From IMG/VR virus record IMGVR_UViG_3300045988_083782: a stretch of DNA of 64,000 bases; one strand, given 5' to 3'. The stretch is from a virus. Below the pieces are notes generated by a model that saw only the letters and a program-made list of their open reading frames with translations, had not been told where the DNA came from and searched no databases. Positions 34,861 through 46,521 of the stretch are shown one piece after another. Both the position numbers and the translations under genes were made by a program. How positions within the stretch are numbered: position 1 is the stretch's first letter; each line of letters starts with the position of its first letter.

Positions 34861-36945
34861 ATGGAAGACAGATAGATAGTAAGCAAGATTGATTTTTATA
34901 AGCCTATTAAGAATAGCAATAAGTTCAGAAAGCCAGCTCTATAGTACATAGAGACTGGCTCTTATTGTTCCTACCCTAAGAATACTACAGAGTATTTTCA
35001 ATTCTGGGATAAGGAAATTAGATATTGTATAGATGGTTATACTGCTGAAGACGGTGATTGGATAAGCGGGTATAACTATTTTTATTTGAACTATTGTCCT
35101 ATCTCTAGAGTAGTGTATGAAACATATACAGATAGATTTGGCAATCAAAAGAAACGCAAAGTAAAGAAAGTAGAATTTGCTGATTTCTGGGATTATGATT
35201 ACTATTACTTTACTGCTATATAGGAAGCTGAAGAATCAGGTACACATATGTGTGTATTAAAAGCCAGACGTCGTGGTTACTCCTTTAAAGGTGCAGCTAT
35301 GGCTTGCCGTAACTATTATCTAATACCAGATAGTAAGACATATATATATGCATCAAATAAACAGTATCTTACTGAAGATGGTATTCTTACTAAAGCGTGG
35401 GACTACATGGACTTTATTGATAAGAATACAGCTTGGGGTAAGAAAAGATCTGTTAATACTTAGATGCGTAAACGTGCAGCTGTTAATGTTAAAGACGAGT
35501 ATGGTAATGAAATAGAATTGGGTTACAAATCTGAAATCATTGGTGTTACTCTAAAAGACAATCCTGACGTAGTACGTGGTAAATCAGGTAAGCTTATCTT
35601 ATTTGAGGAAGCAGGTTCATTCAGTGAATTAGGTGCAGCATGGCAGATTGCTAGACCTTCTGTAGAACAAGATGGTGTAGCGTATGGTCTTATGTTAGCA
35701 TTTGGTACTGGTGGTGACCCTTCTTCAGCATTTGATACACTGAAGGACATGTTCTATAATCCTAAAGGCTATAATTGTTTAGGCTTCTAGAATATATGGG
35801 ATGAAAACCCAGGAGATAAACCGTGTGGATTCTTTGTGCCACAGTATACTAATATATCTGACATGGACGATAATGGCAATCGTCTGTATATGGATGTAGA
35901 TGGTAATACTTTGCATAAAAAGTCAATAGACAGAATATTAGACTTACGTAGAGATGTAATAGAAAATGCTACTAGCACTACAGCTGTAGATAGATATGTA
36001 GCAGAGCGACCTATTACACCTGCTGAAGCAATGCTCGAATTTAATGGTAACATCTTCCCTAAGAAAGAATTACAAGCACATTTAGCTATGATTCGTACCA
36101 ATCGTAGTCTACAAAATCACAAACAAGTAGGTGACTTGGTGTTTGGTGATGATGGCTTACTTAAGTGGATACCTAAGAAGAGAGGCGACATTACTAAATA
36201 TCCGTTAAGTAAAGATGATGACCCTACTGGTTCAATAGTAATATGGGAACACCCAGTATAGGACGCACCTGTTGGATTGTACATAGCGGGTATGGACCCG
36301 TATGACCATGATTAGGCTGGTACTAATTCATTAGGCTCTATGTTCATTTACAAGCGATTCTAGAGCTTTGAAGAATATTATGATATAATTGTTGCTGAGT
36401 ATACTGGAAGGCCTTCTACAGCAGAGGAATACTACGAGAATGCACGTAAACTATTGCTTTACTATAATGCTAGATTGATGTACGAAAATGAACGTAAAGG
36501 CATATTCCCATACTTTACTGCTAAACATTGTGATTACTTACTAGCAGATCAACCTGATATCATTAACGACATTGTTGGTAACTCAAAAGTATAGCGTAGA
36601 AAGGGTTGCCATATCAATAAGTAGATTAAGGACTGGGGTGAAGGTATGATAAAAGATTGGCTTAACGAAGAGTATGCTCCAGGCAAAAAGAACTTAACCA
36701 AGATACTATCAGAACCGCTATTGGAAGAACTTATAGGTTATAATGACAAAGGAAATTTCGATAGAGTGTGTGCGTTAATATAGCTAATGATTTATAAAGA
36801 ACAACTACATAATTTAGTTGTTAAAGAAAAGACTAAAGAGAATAGGAATAGGATATTATTTGATGGGCCAATATTTGCGCAACAGTGGTCAGATGAACCA
36901 AGTATGCCTAACCTATTTAATGATTCAAATACGTATACGTTTTAA
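34861..36945 (+). CDS. terL: terminase large subunit (11 in-frame TAG read as sense)
   Basis: A single frame runs from ATG 34861 to TAA 36943-36945 (694 codons). It links track ORFs 35248, 35464 and 35836 and untracked pieces. ATPase-region ARRRGYSFKG, KLILFEEAG and nuclease-region GMDPYDHD are present. All interruptions are TAG. Confidence 0.8.
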
Positions 36946-36947
36946 TT

Positions 36948-39449
36948 ATGAATAACATTAACATATTTCCTGCATAGAAAGTACCTATGTCTAAAAAGAC
37001 CAAGGAATGGAAAGAAAGCTGCGTGGATTATATTATTGGTCACAGTGCCTCTTCCAGAAATGGTAATAGTAGGAGTAGGGAAGAAGAGATGCAGACATAC
37101 TATGATCTGTATAATAGTATATACAATGAAAAAGATCTAAAGTATGTTACTAACCCATTTAAACAAGATGATGGGTTTCCTGCAACTGCTTAGGATTATA
37201 ATATTATTAAACCAAAGATAGATCTATTACTTGGAGAAGAGACTAAGCGCCCATTCAACTTTAGAGTAGTAAGAACTAGTGATATTGCTACTAGTGATCT
37301 ATAGGATAAAGCTAAACAATTACTTATTGATTATGTATAGGCATCTATTATGTCTAAACTTGGTCCCGAAGAGTAGGCTAGATATCAAGAGGCTTTACAG
37401 TCTGGTGAGATAATGACACCTGAGTAGATACAGAAATACTTAACAAAAGATTATAAAGATATTGCAGAAATTGCAGCACAACATAGTCTAAACTATTTGA
37501 AGCAGAAGTTAAATGTTACACATGAATTCTTCAAGGGGTGGAAGGATGCATTGATAGCTGGAGAAGAGATTTACTATGTAGGGGTAATTAATGGGGAACC
37601 TTATGTTGAAAGAGTAAATCCACTAAGTTTCAGTTATGAACAATCTGCTGATTTAGAATTCATTCACGAAGCATCTTGGTGCTGTCGTAAAATGAATATG
37701 TCTGCTACTGAGATCTATGACAGATTCTATGATAAAATGTCAGAGAAGTAGTTAAACGAATTGCTGGATATGATGGATGATGGTACCAGAGGAGGACTTA
37801 ATCCACAGGTTCGTAAGACATCTTTAGACTATCCGCATATTAAAACTAGAACTATTAATGGTTTTAGTTCTAACCCATTTCAAAATGCAGATAATATCAA
37901 TGTATGGCATTGTTGTTGGAAATCGTTTAAGAAGATTGGATTTGTTACTATCTTTAACCCTGAAACTGGGGCAGAAGAGGAATTTGAAGTAGATGAAAGT
38001 TATAAAGTTACAGGTAGGGAAGTTAACGTAGAATGGACATGGATTATCGAAGTATGGGAAGGATACAGAGTTGGAGAAGACCTATATATAGGTATACAGC
38101 CAGTTGAGTATCAACATATCTCAGCTGATAACCCTAATTCGCAAAAACTGCCTTATACTGGCGTAGTATACAACAATACCAATAGTTCTCCTAGGTCCTT
38201 AGTTAGTATGATGAAACCATTACAGTATATGTATATTGTAATATGGTATAGACTTGAGCTAGCAATGGCTAGAGATAAAGGTAAAGTAGTAACTATGGAT
38301 ATTACTTAGATACCTAAAAGCATGAATATTGATGTAGCAAAGTGGATGCATTACTTAGGAGCTTTAGGTGTTAACTTTGTAAACCCATATGAAGAAGGTT
38401 GGGATATACCTGGTAGAGAAGGTGGTAAGCCATCACAGTTCAATCAGATTACCGCATTAGATCTTACTATGGCTAATACTATTGATCAATACATTAACCT
38501 GATGGATAAGATTGAATCAATGGTATCCGAGATTACTGGTGTTACTAAACAAAGAGAAGGAGCAATTTCATCTAATGAATTAGTAGGTAATGTTGAAAGA
38601 TCTGTAGTACAATCCGCTCACATTACTGAACCGTTATTCTGGGTTCACAATCAAGTAAAGAAAGAAGTATTAAGTATGTTACTCAATACTGCCAAGTTTG
38701 CATGGAAAGATGGCGATAAGAGATGTATACATTATGTATTAGATGATGCTACACGTGCATTCTTGACTCTTAATGATGACTTCTTCTATGAAGATATGGA
38801 TATCTTTTTGGATGATTCTACTAAGAATCAGCAACAGTTAGAAGCACTTAAACAGCTTATGCAGCCTGCTATGCAGAATGGTGCTAGTCTATTAGATATC
38901 GCCGAAATCATTACAATGGATAACATTAATATGATTAAGAATCGCTTAGAAGACATTGAACAGAAGCGTATGGAACAGCAGCAAGCTTTGGAAGAGCAAC
39001 AGGCTCAGAGAGAACAGCAGATGATCCAAATGCAGAATGAAGTTAAGGAAGAGGAATTGATGATAAAAGAAGCAGAGATGGATCTTGAAAAGTATAAGAT
39101 AGATTCAGATAACGCTACTAGGATTACAGTTGCTCAACTTCAGGCTTACAGAGGATTAGAAGATCAAGATTAGAATGATAATGGTATTCCAGATACTATG
39201 GAAATCGCTGCACAAGCTTTAGCTGAACGTAAACAGGCATCTGAAGAAGCTGGTAAACAATTTGAATTCAATGCTAAACTTCGTGAACAATAGATGAAGA
39301 AAGAGATTGAAGACAAGAAGATTCAGCTTGAAAGAGAGAAATTAACAGCTGCTTAGAAACTACAAAAACAAAAGGATGAAGCGGCTATGCAAAGAGAAAA
39401 ACTTAAAGCAAAGACATCCCTAAAAAATAAAGTAGTAGGAGAGAAGTAA
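36948..39449 (+). CDS. portal protein (11 in-frame TAG)
   Basis: A single frame of 833 codons links track ORFs 36987, 37497, 37761 and 38322. The position right after TerL, the size and the Gln/Glu-rich C-terminal tail fit a portal. Confidence 0.65.
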
Positions 39450-39862
39450 TGGAAAAACTAGATCAATAGATAAGTGTAGTAAATAATAGATTATTACTAC
39501 CTTTAAAAGTAAATGGTAAATCTGTATACTTCTTAGTAGATACTGGCGCTTCTATTGCTTTAGTGGATATAACAAAAACTAAAGAATTAGGATATAAACT
39601 TGGCAGTAAACTATCTTCTACTATTGTAGGAGCTGGTGGAGAAGCATCAGAAGTTTATCATACTAAAGATTTAGACGTAGATTTAAATGGTCATAAGTTG
39701 TATCAGTTTGTAGCTACTAATATAGATAATATAAAGAAGTCTATTAAACAAAATACAGATTATGAAATATTTGGTATACTTAGTCTGAAACAGATGCAAG
39801 ATATTGGTATGATTATCGATACTGCATCCGGTAATATTTACTTTAAAGAAAAGGAGAATTAA
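39449..39862 (+). CDS. retropepsin-like aspartic protease (1 in-frame TAG)
   Basis: Reads MEKLDQ-TAG-ISVVNNRLLLPLKVNGKSVYFLVDTGAS, with the D-T/S-G-A active-site signature. The ATG overlaps the portal TAA. Confidence 0.55.
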
Positions 39863-39864
39863 TT

Positions 39865-40395
39865 ATGGCATGCGGAAATAATTATTATGTTTACAAACAT
39901 AGTACTCCTAACAATAAAGTATACATCGGAATAACTAAGTAGAATCCAAACCGTAGATGGAGAAATGGGCATGGATATAAAGATTCTCATCTATTTTTCA
40001 ACGCTATTATTAAATACGGATGGTTAAATATAACACATGAAATACTAAAGGAAGGTTTATCTTTTGAAGATGCGTGTAAATATGAAAAATATTACATAGA
40101 TTTATATAAATCTAACGATAGAGAATTCGGTTATAATTTAACTAAAGGAGGCGGAAGAAAGTCAGACCAGATCAATAAAACTGAATTTATCAAAATTGGT
40201 ACTGGTAAAAATAAAGGGAAAGAAATATTAGTATATAATGTTAACGGTGAATATATTGGTGAATTTATATCATCATATCAAGCAGCCAAGGTATTAAATT
40301 GCGATTAGGGGCATATTCGTAAATGTTGTCAACATAAAGAAGGGAGAACTAAACATAAAGGTTACATTTTTAAATATAAGGAGGAAATACAATGA
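39865..40395 (+). CDS. free-standing GIY-YIG homing endonuclease (2 in-frame TAG)
   Basis: YVYKHSTPNNKVYIGIT is followed by R..NGH and a YEKYYI..Y region. The C-terminal part is a DNA-binding-like segment SYQAAKVLNCD.GHIRKC. Confidence 0.65.
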
Positions 40396-40478
40396 GTTGC
40401 GGAGGAAAGAAATCCAGCTCTACCAAAGGTAAAGGTGGAAAGAAAAGCAAATAATATTAGTAATTAAAATTAAACAAT

Positions 40479-40712
40479 ATGGAATGGGTGAAAGGAACAG
40501 ATAAACAAGAATACATTGATGAATTACTTAAGTCTGGATTTGTAGATAGCGGTATAACTGCAATCATAGATGTTGATGATATGAAGTATTACGAACAGCT
40601 TGAAACTACTCTTTATCACCCAGAATTCCATATATTTGTAGACATTTACACCAAACACGCTACTATTAGAACAACAAAAACATATCTTGGCAAAGAATAT
40701 TTTGAACAATGA
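40479..40712 (+). CDS. hypothetical protein
   Basis: 77-aa ORF. Confidence 0.4.
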   Translation: MEWVKGTDKQEYIDELLKSGFVDSGITAIIDVDDMKYYEQLETTLYHPEFHIFVDIYTKHATIRTTKTYLGKEYFEQ

Positions 40713-40750
40713 ATAGATAGGCATTTAAACAAAGAATACAATAGTATAAG

Positions 40751-42067
40751 ATGTATAAAGAACAGAATCCAAATACATCTTATATAGACTGGAAGAATTT
40801 ATAGAAGTATGAAGATGGTGGAGAAGTAGGTGGTAAAAAAGAACCACCTTATCCTTCTTTCTATAATGGTCGTAGAGTAAATAGATGGACAGGTGAACCT
40901 CTAGCTACAGGTGCGGTTAAAGCTGCTTTTGACATAGAGGATGCCGCTAATCTTACTCCTGTGGGCGATGCCATTACTGTCAAAGATATGTCTCAAGCAG
41001 TATTAAACAAAGACTGGGCTGGTTTAGGTATTGCATCATTGGGTCTTATACCAGTAGTAGGAACTGGATTAGGCAAAGTTATTACTAGAGGTGTACGTGG
41101 AATTGCTAAGAATATTGAAAGAGAGTCTACAGATGCTGTTCGTAGATCAGTGCCTACTGTTAATAAGGATAGATTTACTAGACAGTTAAATAAAGTAATA
41201 GAGAAAATGCAATAGGAGAAAAGTTCATTGCGTGATCCTAATTACAAAATCTCAGACATTAGTGATGCTAACAATGCTAGAAATGAAGTACTAGGAGATT
41301 TAAATAAAGAGTATTTTGATAAAGCTAGAGCAGTAGATGCTCAATATGGTACAGACTACGAGAATACTTATAAGAAAATACTTGATGCTTATAATGATCC
41401 AGTTGAATACATGCAAAATACTCCTTATGTGAAATATGAAGATCTAGGAATAGACAATTAGGGTAAAATTAACTTTGCTCCAGATGATGAAAGAGCATTT
41501 GAAATAGCTGTAGAAAACAGTCCTGCAAAACTAAAAGACTATGTAGTAACAGCTGGAAAAGACAATGCTACTAAAGGAACTATTTACCATGAAATGTCTC
41601 ACTTAGTTGATGGTATGTAGAATCCAGGAGGTACTTTTGATATTAAAGATAACAAGCTGTTGTGGGAAGCAGGCAAAGAAAAGCATTTCAAATTATTTAA
41701 AGAATACAATAATGCAGTCAGTAATGCTGAAAAGATATCTGAGTATAATTATAGGTATCTCACTAATCCTTTTGAAATGAAAGCATTTGTAAATACTGCT
41801 AGAAGTGATATGGCCTAGTTAGGCATACTTAATAAAAGAACATAGAGTGCTACTAAGGAACAGATTAATAGTTATCTACAACACCCTGAAGCACATGGTT
41901 CATTAAAGAAATTATTTAAATTACATAAAGACCCTGATCAATTTTACAAAATGTTTAATGCTATGCCATATCTTGGATTAACTGGTCTTGGAGTATATAA
42001 TCTTTACCAATACGATACTAAGAACAATGGACAGTATATACCCAATATATCCGATACCAACTTATAA
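40751..42067 (+). CDS. hypothetical virion-module protein with HExxH motif (several in-frame TAG)
   Basis: A single frame of 438 codons links track ORFs 40961 and 41228. It contains GTIYHEMSHLVDG. Confidence 0.5.
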
Positions 42068-42242
42068 AAGTGGTGGTATCCATATAAAGAAGAAAAACAG
42101 GGGCAAATTTAATGCTTTAAAGAAAAGAACAGGAAAATCTACTGAAGAGTTAACTCACAGTAAGAATCCCCTAACAAGAAAAAGAGCAATCTTTGCACAG
42201 AATGCGAAGAAATGGAATAAAGGTAGAAAAAAGAAAAAATAA
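42027..42242 (+). CDS. small very basic protein
   Basis: Reads MDSIYPIYPIPTYKSGGIHIKKKNRGKF...KGRKKKK. It overlaps the end of the previous gene in another frame. Confidence 0.35.
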   Translation: MDSIYPIYPIPTYKSGGIHIKKKNRGKFNALKKRTGKSTEELTHSKNPLTRKRAIFAQNAKKWNKGRKKKK

Positions 42243-42254
42243 AACAATATAGTT

Positions 42255-43442
42255 ATGGAAAAAAACACATTGAATGGATTTGAAGTATTTAGTAGTTTCA
42301 ATCCTAATGTAGGTAAAAATTCTGATGATATTGACATAGATCCCAGCAAGATTGAAGAGTCTTTTGAAGAGATGTCTGACGAAGAGTTAGAGCAAGTAAA
42401 AAATATTGCTAAACAAAAGAAGACTCCTAAAATCGAAGATGATGAAGAGGAAGAAGTAATAGAGGACGAAGAGGATACTGAAGAAAAGGAGGAACCTAAG
42501 AAATCTAAGAAAGCTTCTAAACAAAAAGAAAAAGAAGTTGAAGAGGAAGAGGAAGAGGAAGACGAAGAAGATGACTCTGATGATGACAATGAAGAAGGAG
42601 ATGTATAGGTTACTTCTTTCTTCAAAGCATTAGCTGAAAAGATGAACTGGGAAATTGACGATGAAGACGAAGTTCCTCAAACAGCGGAAGAGTTAATTGA
42701 GTACTTCCAAGAAGTAATTGAAGAAGCATCTGTACCTACTTATGCTAATGAAGAAGTAGCTAAGTTAGACGAATTTGTAAAGAATGGTGGAGATATTCGT
42801 GATTACTTATCTATTGACGCTCCTCTGGATTTGGATGACATTGATATTGAAGATGATGAAGTAAATCAGAAAGCTGTACTTAAAGAATTCCTTAAAGAGA
42901 AAGGATTCAATAGTAAACAGATTGAGAAGAAACTGACTAAATATGATGAAGCTGGTATTCTTTCAGATGAAGCTGAAGACGCTTTAGAGGCTCTTAAAGG
43001 CATTAGAGAAGAAAAGAAACAACAGCTATTGGAGGATCAGAAAAAGCAGGCAGAGACTGCTAGAAAGAACCAACAGGCATTTTTTGACAACGTTGTCAAG
43101 GAAATAAAAGGCCTAGATAATATACGTGGTATTGCTATTCCTGCAAAGGATAAACATGTTCTGCTGGAATACATATTTAGACCTGAAGCTGATGGCAAAA
43201 CTAGATACCAAAAGGATTATGCTAAGAGTATCAAGAACTTGATCGAGTCAGCTTATTTTACTATGAAGGGTGATACATTGCTAGACATAGCTAAAAAAGA
43301 AGGTAAAAAGAAAGCTATAGACAGTTTCAAGAACTCATTGAAGAATAATAGTGGTATCAATAAGAAATCACAGAAACAAGTAAAATCATCGGAAGATGAT
43401 ACTTCATTATGGTCATCCTTTACACGCAAACTTCGTGTATAA
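42255..43442 (+). CDS. acidic scaffold-like protein (1 in-frame TAG)
   Basis: Track ORFs 42255 and 42642 are in one frame joined by TAG 42606-42608. The sequence has Glu/Asp runs and helical content, and the gene lies immediately upstream of the capsid gene. Confidence 0.5.
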
Positions 43443-43478
43443 TGATATTAATAAATAAATAAAAATTACTAGTATTTT

Positions 43479-44948
43479 ATGGATAATAATATTCTTAATA
43501 ATTTAGTACTATACAAAGGCAAAAGATTTTCTGATCTGATTGACACAAATAAGATCTCTTATGCTTCACAGCAAAGTCCTTATCAGGTATCTACTGTATT
43601 GTCTTATGTATTTGGTACAAAAGACAATGGTTATAGTACTTCTTTAGACATGCTTACCGGTGGTCTTGGAAACGTAATGACTATCGACAAAGCATCTTGG
43701 GAATGGCCTGTAATGATTGATGCAGATAGAGCTGTAACAATTAGAGATGCAAAATGGCAGGGAGAAGCTATCAGCGCTACTTCAACAGCTGGTTTAGGTA
43801 ATACACCTATCATGTTGTGGTTAGAAGAGAACATGTTTGCTTCTGGTGCTATTCTTGAATTTGATAACAAAGAATTCCAGGTACGTGTTTCTGGAGCTCC
43901 TTATCAGGATGGTAACCTGTGGGTTTATACTTGCTTTGTAGCAGATGGTAAACCTTCTTCTTATATTCCTGCTGATCTGTTAACAGCTGGTTGTCAAGTA
44001 TCTCGTCTTGCTTCTGCTTACGAAGAGTACTCAGAAGAAGGTGATATCCTGAACTACAGCACTCACTTCAAGATGCGTAACTACCTGACTACTATTCGTA
44101 TCAACTACGATATCACAGGTTCTGCTTATTCAGATGTAATGGCAATTGCTCTGAGAGATCCTGCAACAGGTAAAACATCTTATTTGTGGGCTGACTATCA
44201 GGAATGGCTTGCACTTCGTGAATGGTATAAGAGAACTGAAAGAATGTTGGTTTACATGAAGAGTAATGTAAACAAAGATGGTTCTTGTAACTTGAAGGGT
44301 ACTAACGGTCGTCCGGTATTTATTGGTGCTGGTCTGCTCGAACAGATTGCTCCGTCTAACAGACGTTACTATACTCGTCTTTCTGCTGAACTGTTGGAAG
44401 ATTTCTTAGCTGACCTGTCTTATAACTGTCTTGGTACTAACGAACGTAAGTTTGTTGCTTTGACTGGTGAAATGGGTATGCGTGAATTCGACCGTGTATT
44501 GAAAGAAAAAGCAACAACTATGAACTTGATCGATACAGTATTCGTAACAGGTTCTGGTGATAACTTGACTTTCGGTGGTCAGTTCAAGACTTATAAGATG
44601 ACTAATGGTATCGAATTGACGTTGAAATACTTCCCGTTGTATGATGATACTACTTATAATCGTCAGTTGCATCCGGTTACTCTGAAACCGCTGGAATCAT
44701 ATCGTATGACATTCCTGGATCTGGGTAGACGTGATGGTGAAGCTAACATTGTTAAGGTAGTTCGTAAAGACCGTGAATTCGTTACTTGGTATACTGGTGG
44801 TGCTGTTGCTCCGTCTGGATATGCTAAATCTAAAGATACTCTGAGATCTAATGGTAAGGACGGTTATACTGTATACTTCCTTGGTGAAATGGGTATCATG
44901 CTGAGAGATCCTAGAGCTTGTGGTGAGCTGATCATGGAGGCTGAGTAA
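43479..44948 (+). CDS. major capsid protein (no TAG)
   Basis: An uninterrupted 489-aa ORF follows the scaffold-like gene and is followed by a strong terminator. Codon usage is visibly shifted toward CTG, CGT, GGT and CCG, suggesting high expression. Confidence 0.6.
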   Translation: MDNNILNNLVLYKGKRFSDLIDTNKISYASQQSPYQVSTVLSYVFGTKDNGYSTSLDMLTGGLGNVMTIDKASWEWPVMIDADRAVTIRDAKWQGEAISATSTAGLGNTPIMLWLEENMFASGAILEFDNKEFQVRVSGAPYQDGNLWVYTCFVADGKPSSYIPADLLTAGCQVSRLASAYEEYSEEGDILNYSTHFKMRNYLTTIRINYDITGSAYSDVMAIALRDPATGKTSYLWADYQEWLALREWYKRTERMLVYMKSNVNKDGSCNLKGTNGRPVFIGAGLLEQIAPSNRRYYTRLSAELLEDFLADLSYNCLGTNERKFVALTGEMGMREFDRVLKEKATTMNLIDTVFVTGSGDNLTFGGQFKTYKMTNGIELTLKYFPLYDDTTYNRQLHPVTLKPLESYRMTFLDLGRRDGEANIVKVVRKDREFVTWYTGGAVAPSGYAKSKDTLRSNGKDGYTVYFLGEMGIMLRDPRACGELIMEAE

Positions 44949-44975
44949 GCAAAGTAAATAAATAAAACAAAGTAA

Positions 44976-45006
44976 GGGGAGCTTGGCTAGTGCTCCCCAA
45001 GCTTTT
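44976..45006 (+). terminator. rho-independent terminator after the capsid gene
   Basis: GGGGAGC-TTGGCTAGT-GCTCCCC followed by AAGCTTTT. Confidence 0.7.
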
Positions 45007-45035
45007 ACTAACTTGATAATCTAATATTAAATATT

Positions 45036-45788
45036 ATGGAAATAATCGTTAGAATTGTAAAACAGAATCCTTGGACAAACCTTACTAAATGGAGTAAGTG
45101 TTTTGATTATATAGGCTCATACTGGACTAGATCAGGAAACTTATACACAGGATTAACAGCTGAAGACGCTGAAAGATTAGAAAAAGAATTAAGATACGAA
45201 CCGGGTACATTATCACCAAGTAGTTCTTTCTGGGAAACATATGCAATCAAAGTAGGTAAGAACGACACTATTTTGAGAACAGAAAAACCTGAAGATGAAC
45301 TTAAATATCTGTTCCTGAAAGGACACAAAAGAGTTGCAGATGGTCTTAACAAACAGAATGCAGCTACAGATTACTTGCTGATTAATGCTACTAGTGAAGC
45401 TGAAGAGACTAACAAGTTCAATAAGATTAAGCGTGAGGCTTATAGAGAACTTGATAAGATGTCTATCGAAGATATGCGTAAGTGTTTACGTCTGTATGGT
45501 ATTAAATCAGATAACCTTTCTAATGAACTTGTTGAGGCTAAGATGAATGAACAGATCGAATTGTCTCCGAATAAGTTTATGTTGAAATGGGTTAACAATC
45601 CTAATAAGGAAACTCAGTTCTTGATTGAGAACGCTCTTTCTAAGAACATCCTTAGACGTAACCGTACACAATACTTCTACGGTACAGAAATGATTGGAAA
45701 TGGAATTGATGATGCTATTGCTTATCTGAATGATAAGAAGAATCAGGATATTAAGATGTCCATTCTCCAAGAAACAAAATCTAAGTAA
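45036..45788 (+). CDS. hypothetical structural-module protein
   Basis: 250-aa ORF with no TAG. Confidence 0.55.
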   Translation: MEIIVRIVKQNPWTNLTKWSKCFDYIGSYWTRSGNLYTGLTAEDAERLEKELRYEPGTLSPSSSFWETYAIKVGKNDTILRTEKPEDELKYLFLKGHKRVADGLNKQNAATDYLLINATSEAEETNKFNKIKREAYRELDKMSIEDMRKCLRLYGIKSDNLSNELVEAKMNEQIELSPNKFMLKWVNNPNKETQFLIENALSKNILRRNRTQYFYGTEMIGNGIDDAIAYLNDKKNQDIKMSILQETKSK

Positions 45789-45790
45789 AT

Positions 45791-46483
45791 ATGACAATAA
45801 AGGATTTACATATTGCTTTTAAAACTGGTGCTGATAAGAATGAAAAGGCAGTTGCGTTTGGTGGCTGCCCAGCATTCACACCAGAAGAAATTGATCAATT
45901 CCTGATGCAGGGATATGTTGAAGTATTATGCAATAAGTTTACTGGATCTAATACTAGACAGGAAGCATTTGAAGGTAGTGTCAAAAGAATAGCAGATTTA
46001 GAAAGATTAGTAAAAACTGATAATGCTGTAGCTGTTACTTTTGACTCTAGTTCTAATGTACTTACTATGTCTGATTTCTTTAAAGATTCAAGCAATACTA
46101 ACAACAGATTGTTCTTTGTAAATGCTGTATTACACTTTGGCAATAATCAGGCAAATGTAGATCTAGTAGATCATAAAACAGCTGATAGGTTCCGTAAAAC
46201 TTATAATAACGATCCCTGGATTCCAACACCTAAGGCTACTATTGCTGATAACTAGTTAAAGATATATATAGATACAACTAGCATGAAAGCTCCTTATACT
46301 GTTGACATTACTTATGTTAAATATCCTGATAAGATCAATTATAAAGAATATAATAAGGATATTACAGAAGTACCTGAATACGTATTATATGAAGCAGTAA
46401 ATAGAGCTGTAGTAATTGCTCTGGAAAATATTGAGTCTAGGCGTACAGAAACTAAGCTACAAATAAATAATTTACAAGAATAA
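45791..46483 (+). CDS. hypothetical structural-module protein (1 in-frame TAG)
   Basis: Track ORFs 45791 and 46283 share a frame joined by TAG 46253-46255. Confidence 0.55.
46456..46481 (+). repeat. 26-bp direct repeat, copy 1 (3' end of 45791-46483)
   Basis: GCTACAAATAAATAATTTACAAGAAT is repeated exactly at 46496-46521. Confidence 0.85.
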
Positions 46484-46495
46484 TATATTGTAGTT

Positions 46496-46521
46496 GCTAC
46501 AAATAAATAATTTACAAGAAT
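46496..46521 (+). repeat. 26-bp direct repeat, copy 2 (runs into the homing-endonuclease ATG)
   Basis: Exact copy of 46456-46481. The last bases form the ATG at 46520. Confidence 0.85.

Noticed and set aside
35248-39173. Fragmented TerL and portal ORFs could indicate pseudogenes, frameshifts or sequencing errors.
   Set aside because: All fragments of each gene are in one reading frame. They are separated only by single TAG codons, never by TAA/TGA or frame changes. A CUA suppressor tRNA is encoded just upstream.
42155-42625. 156-aa minus-strand ORF rich in Ser.
   Set aside because: It is the antisense shadow of the Glu/Asp-rich scaffold-like gene (GAA/GAG repeats read as TTC/CTC on the other strand).
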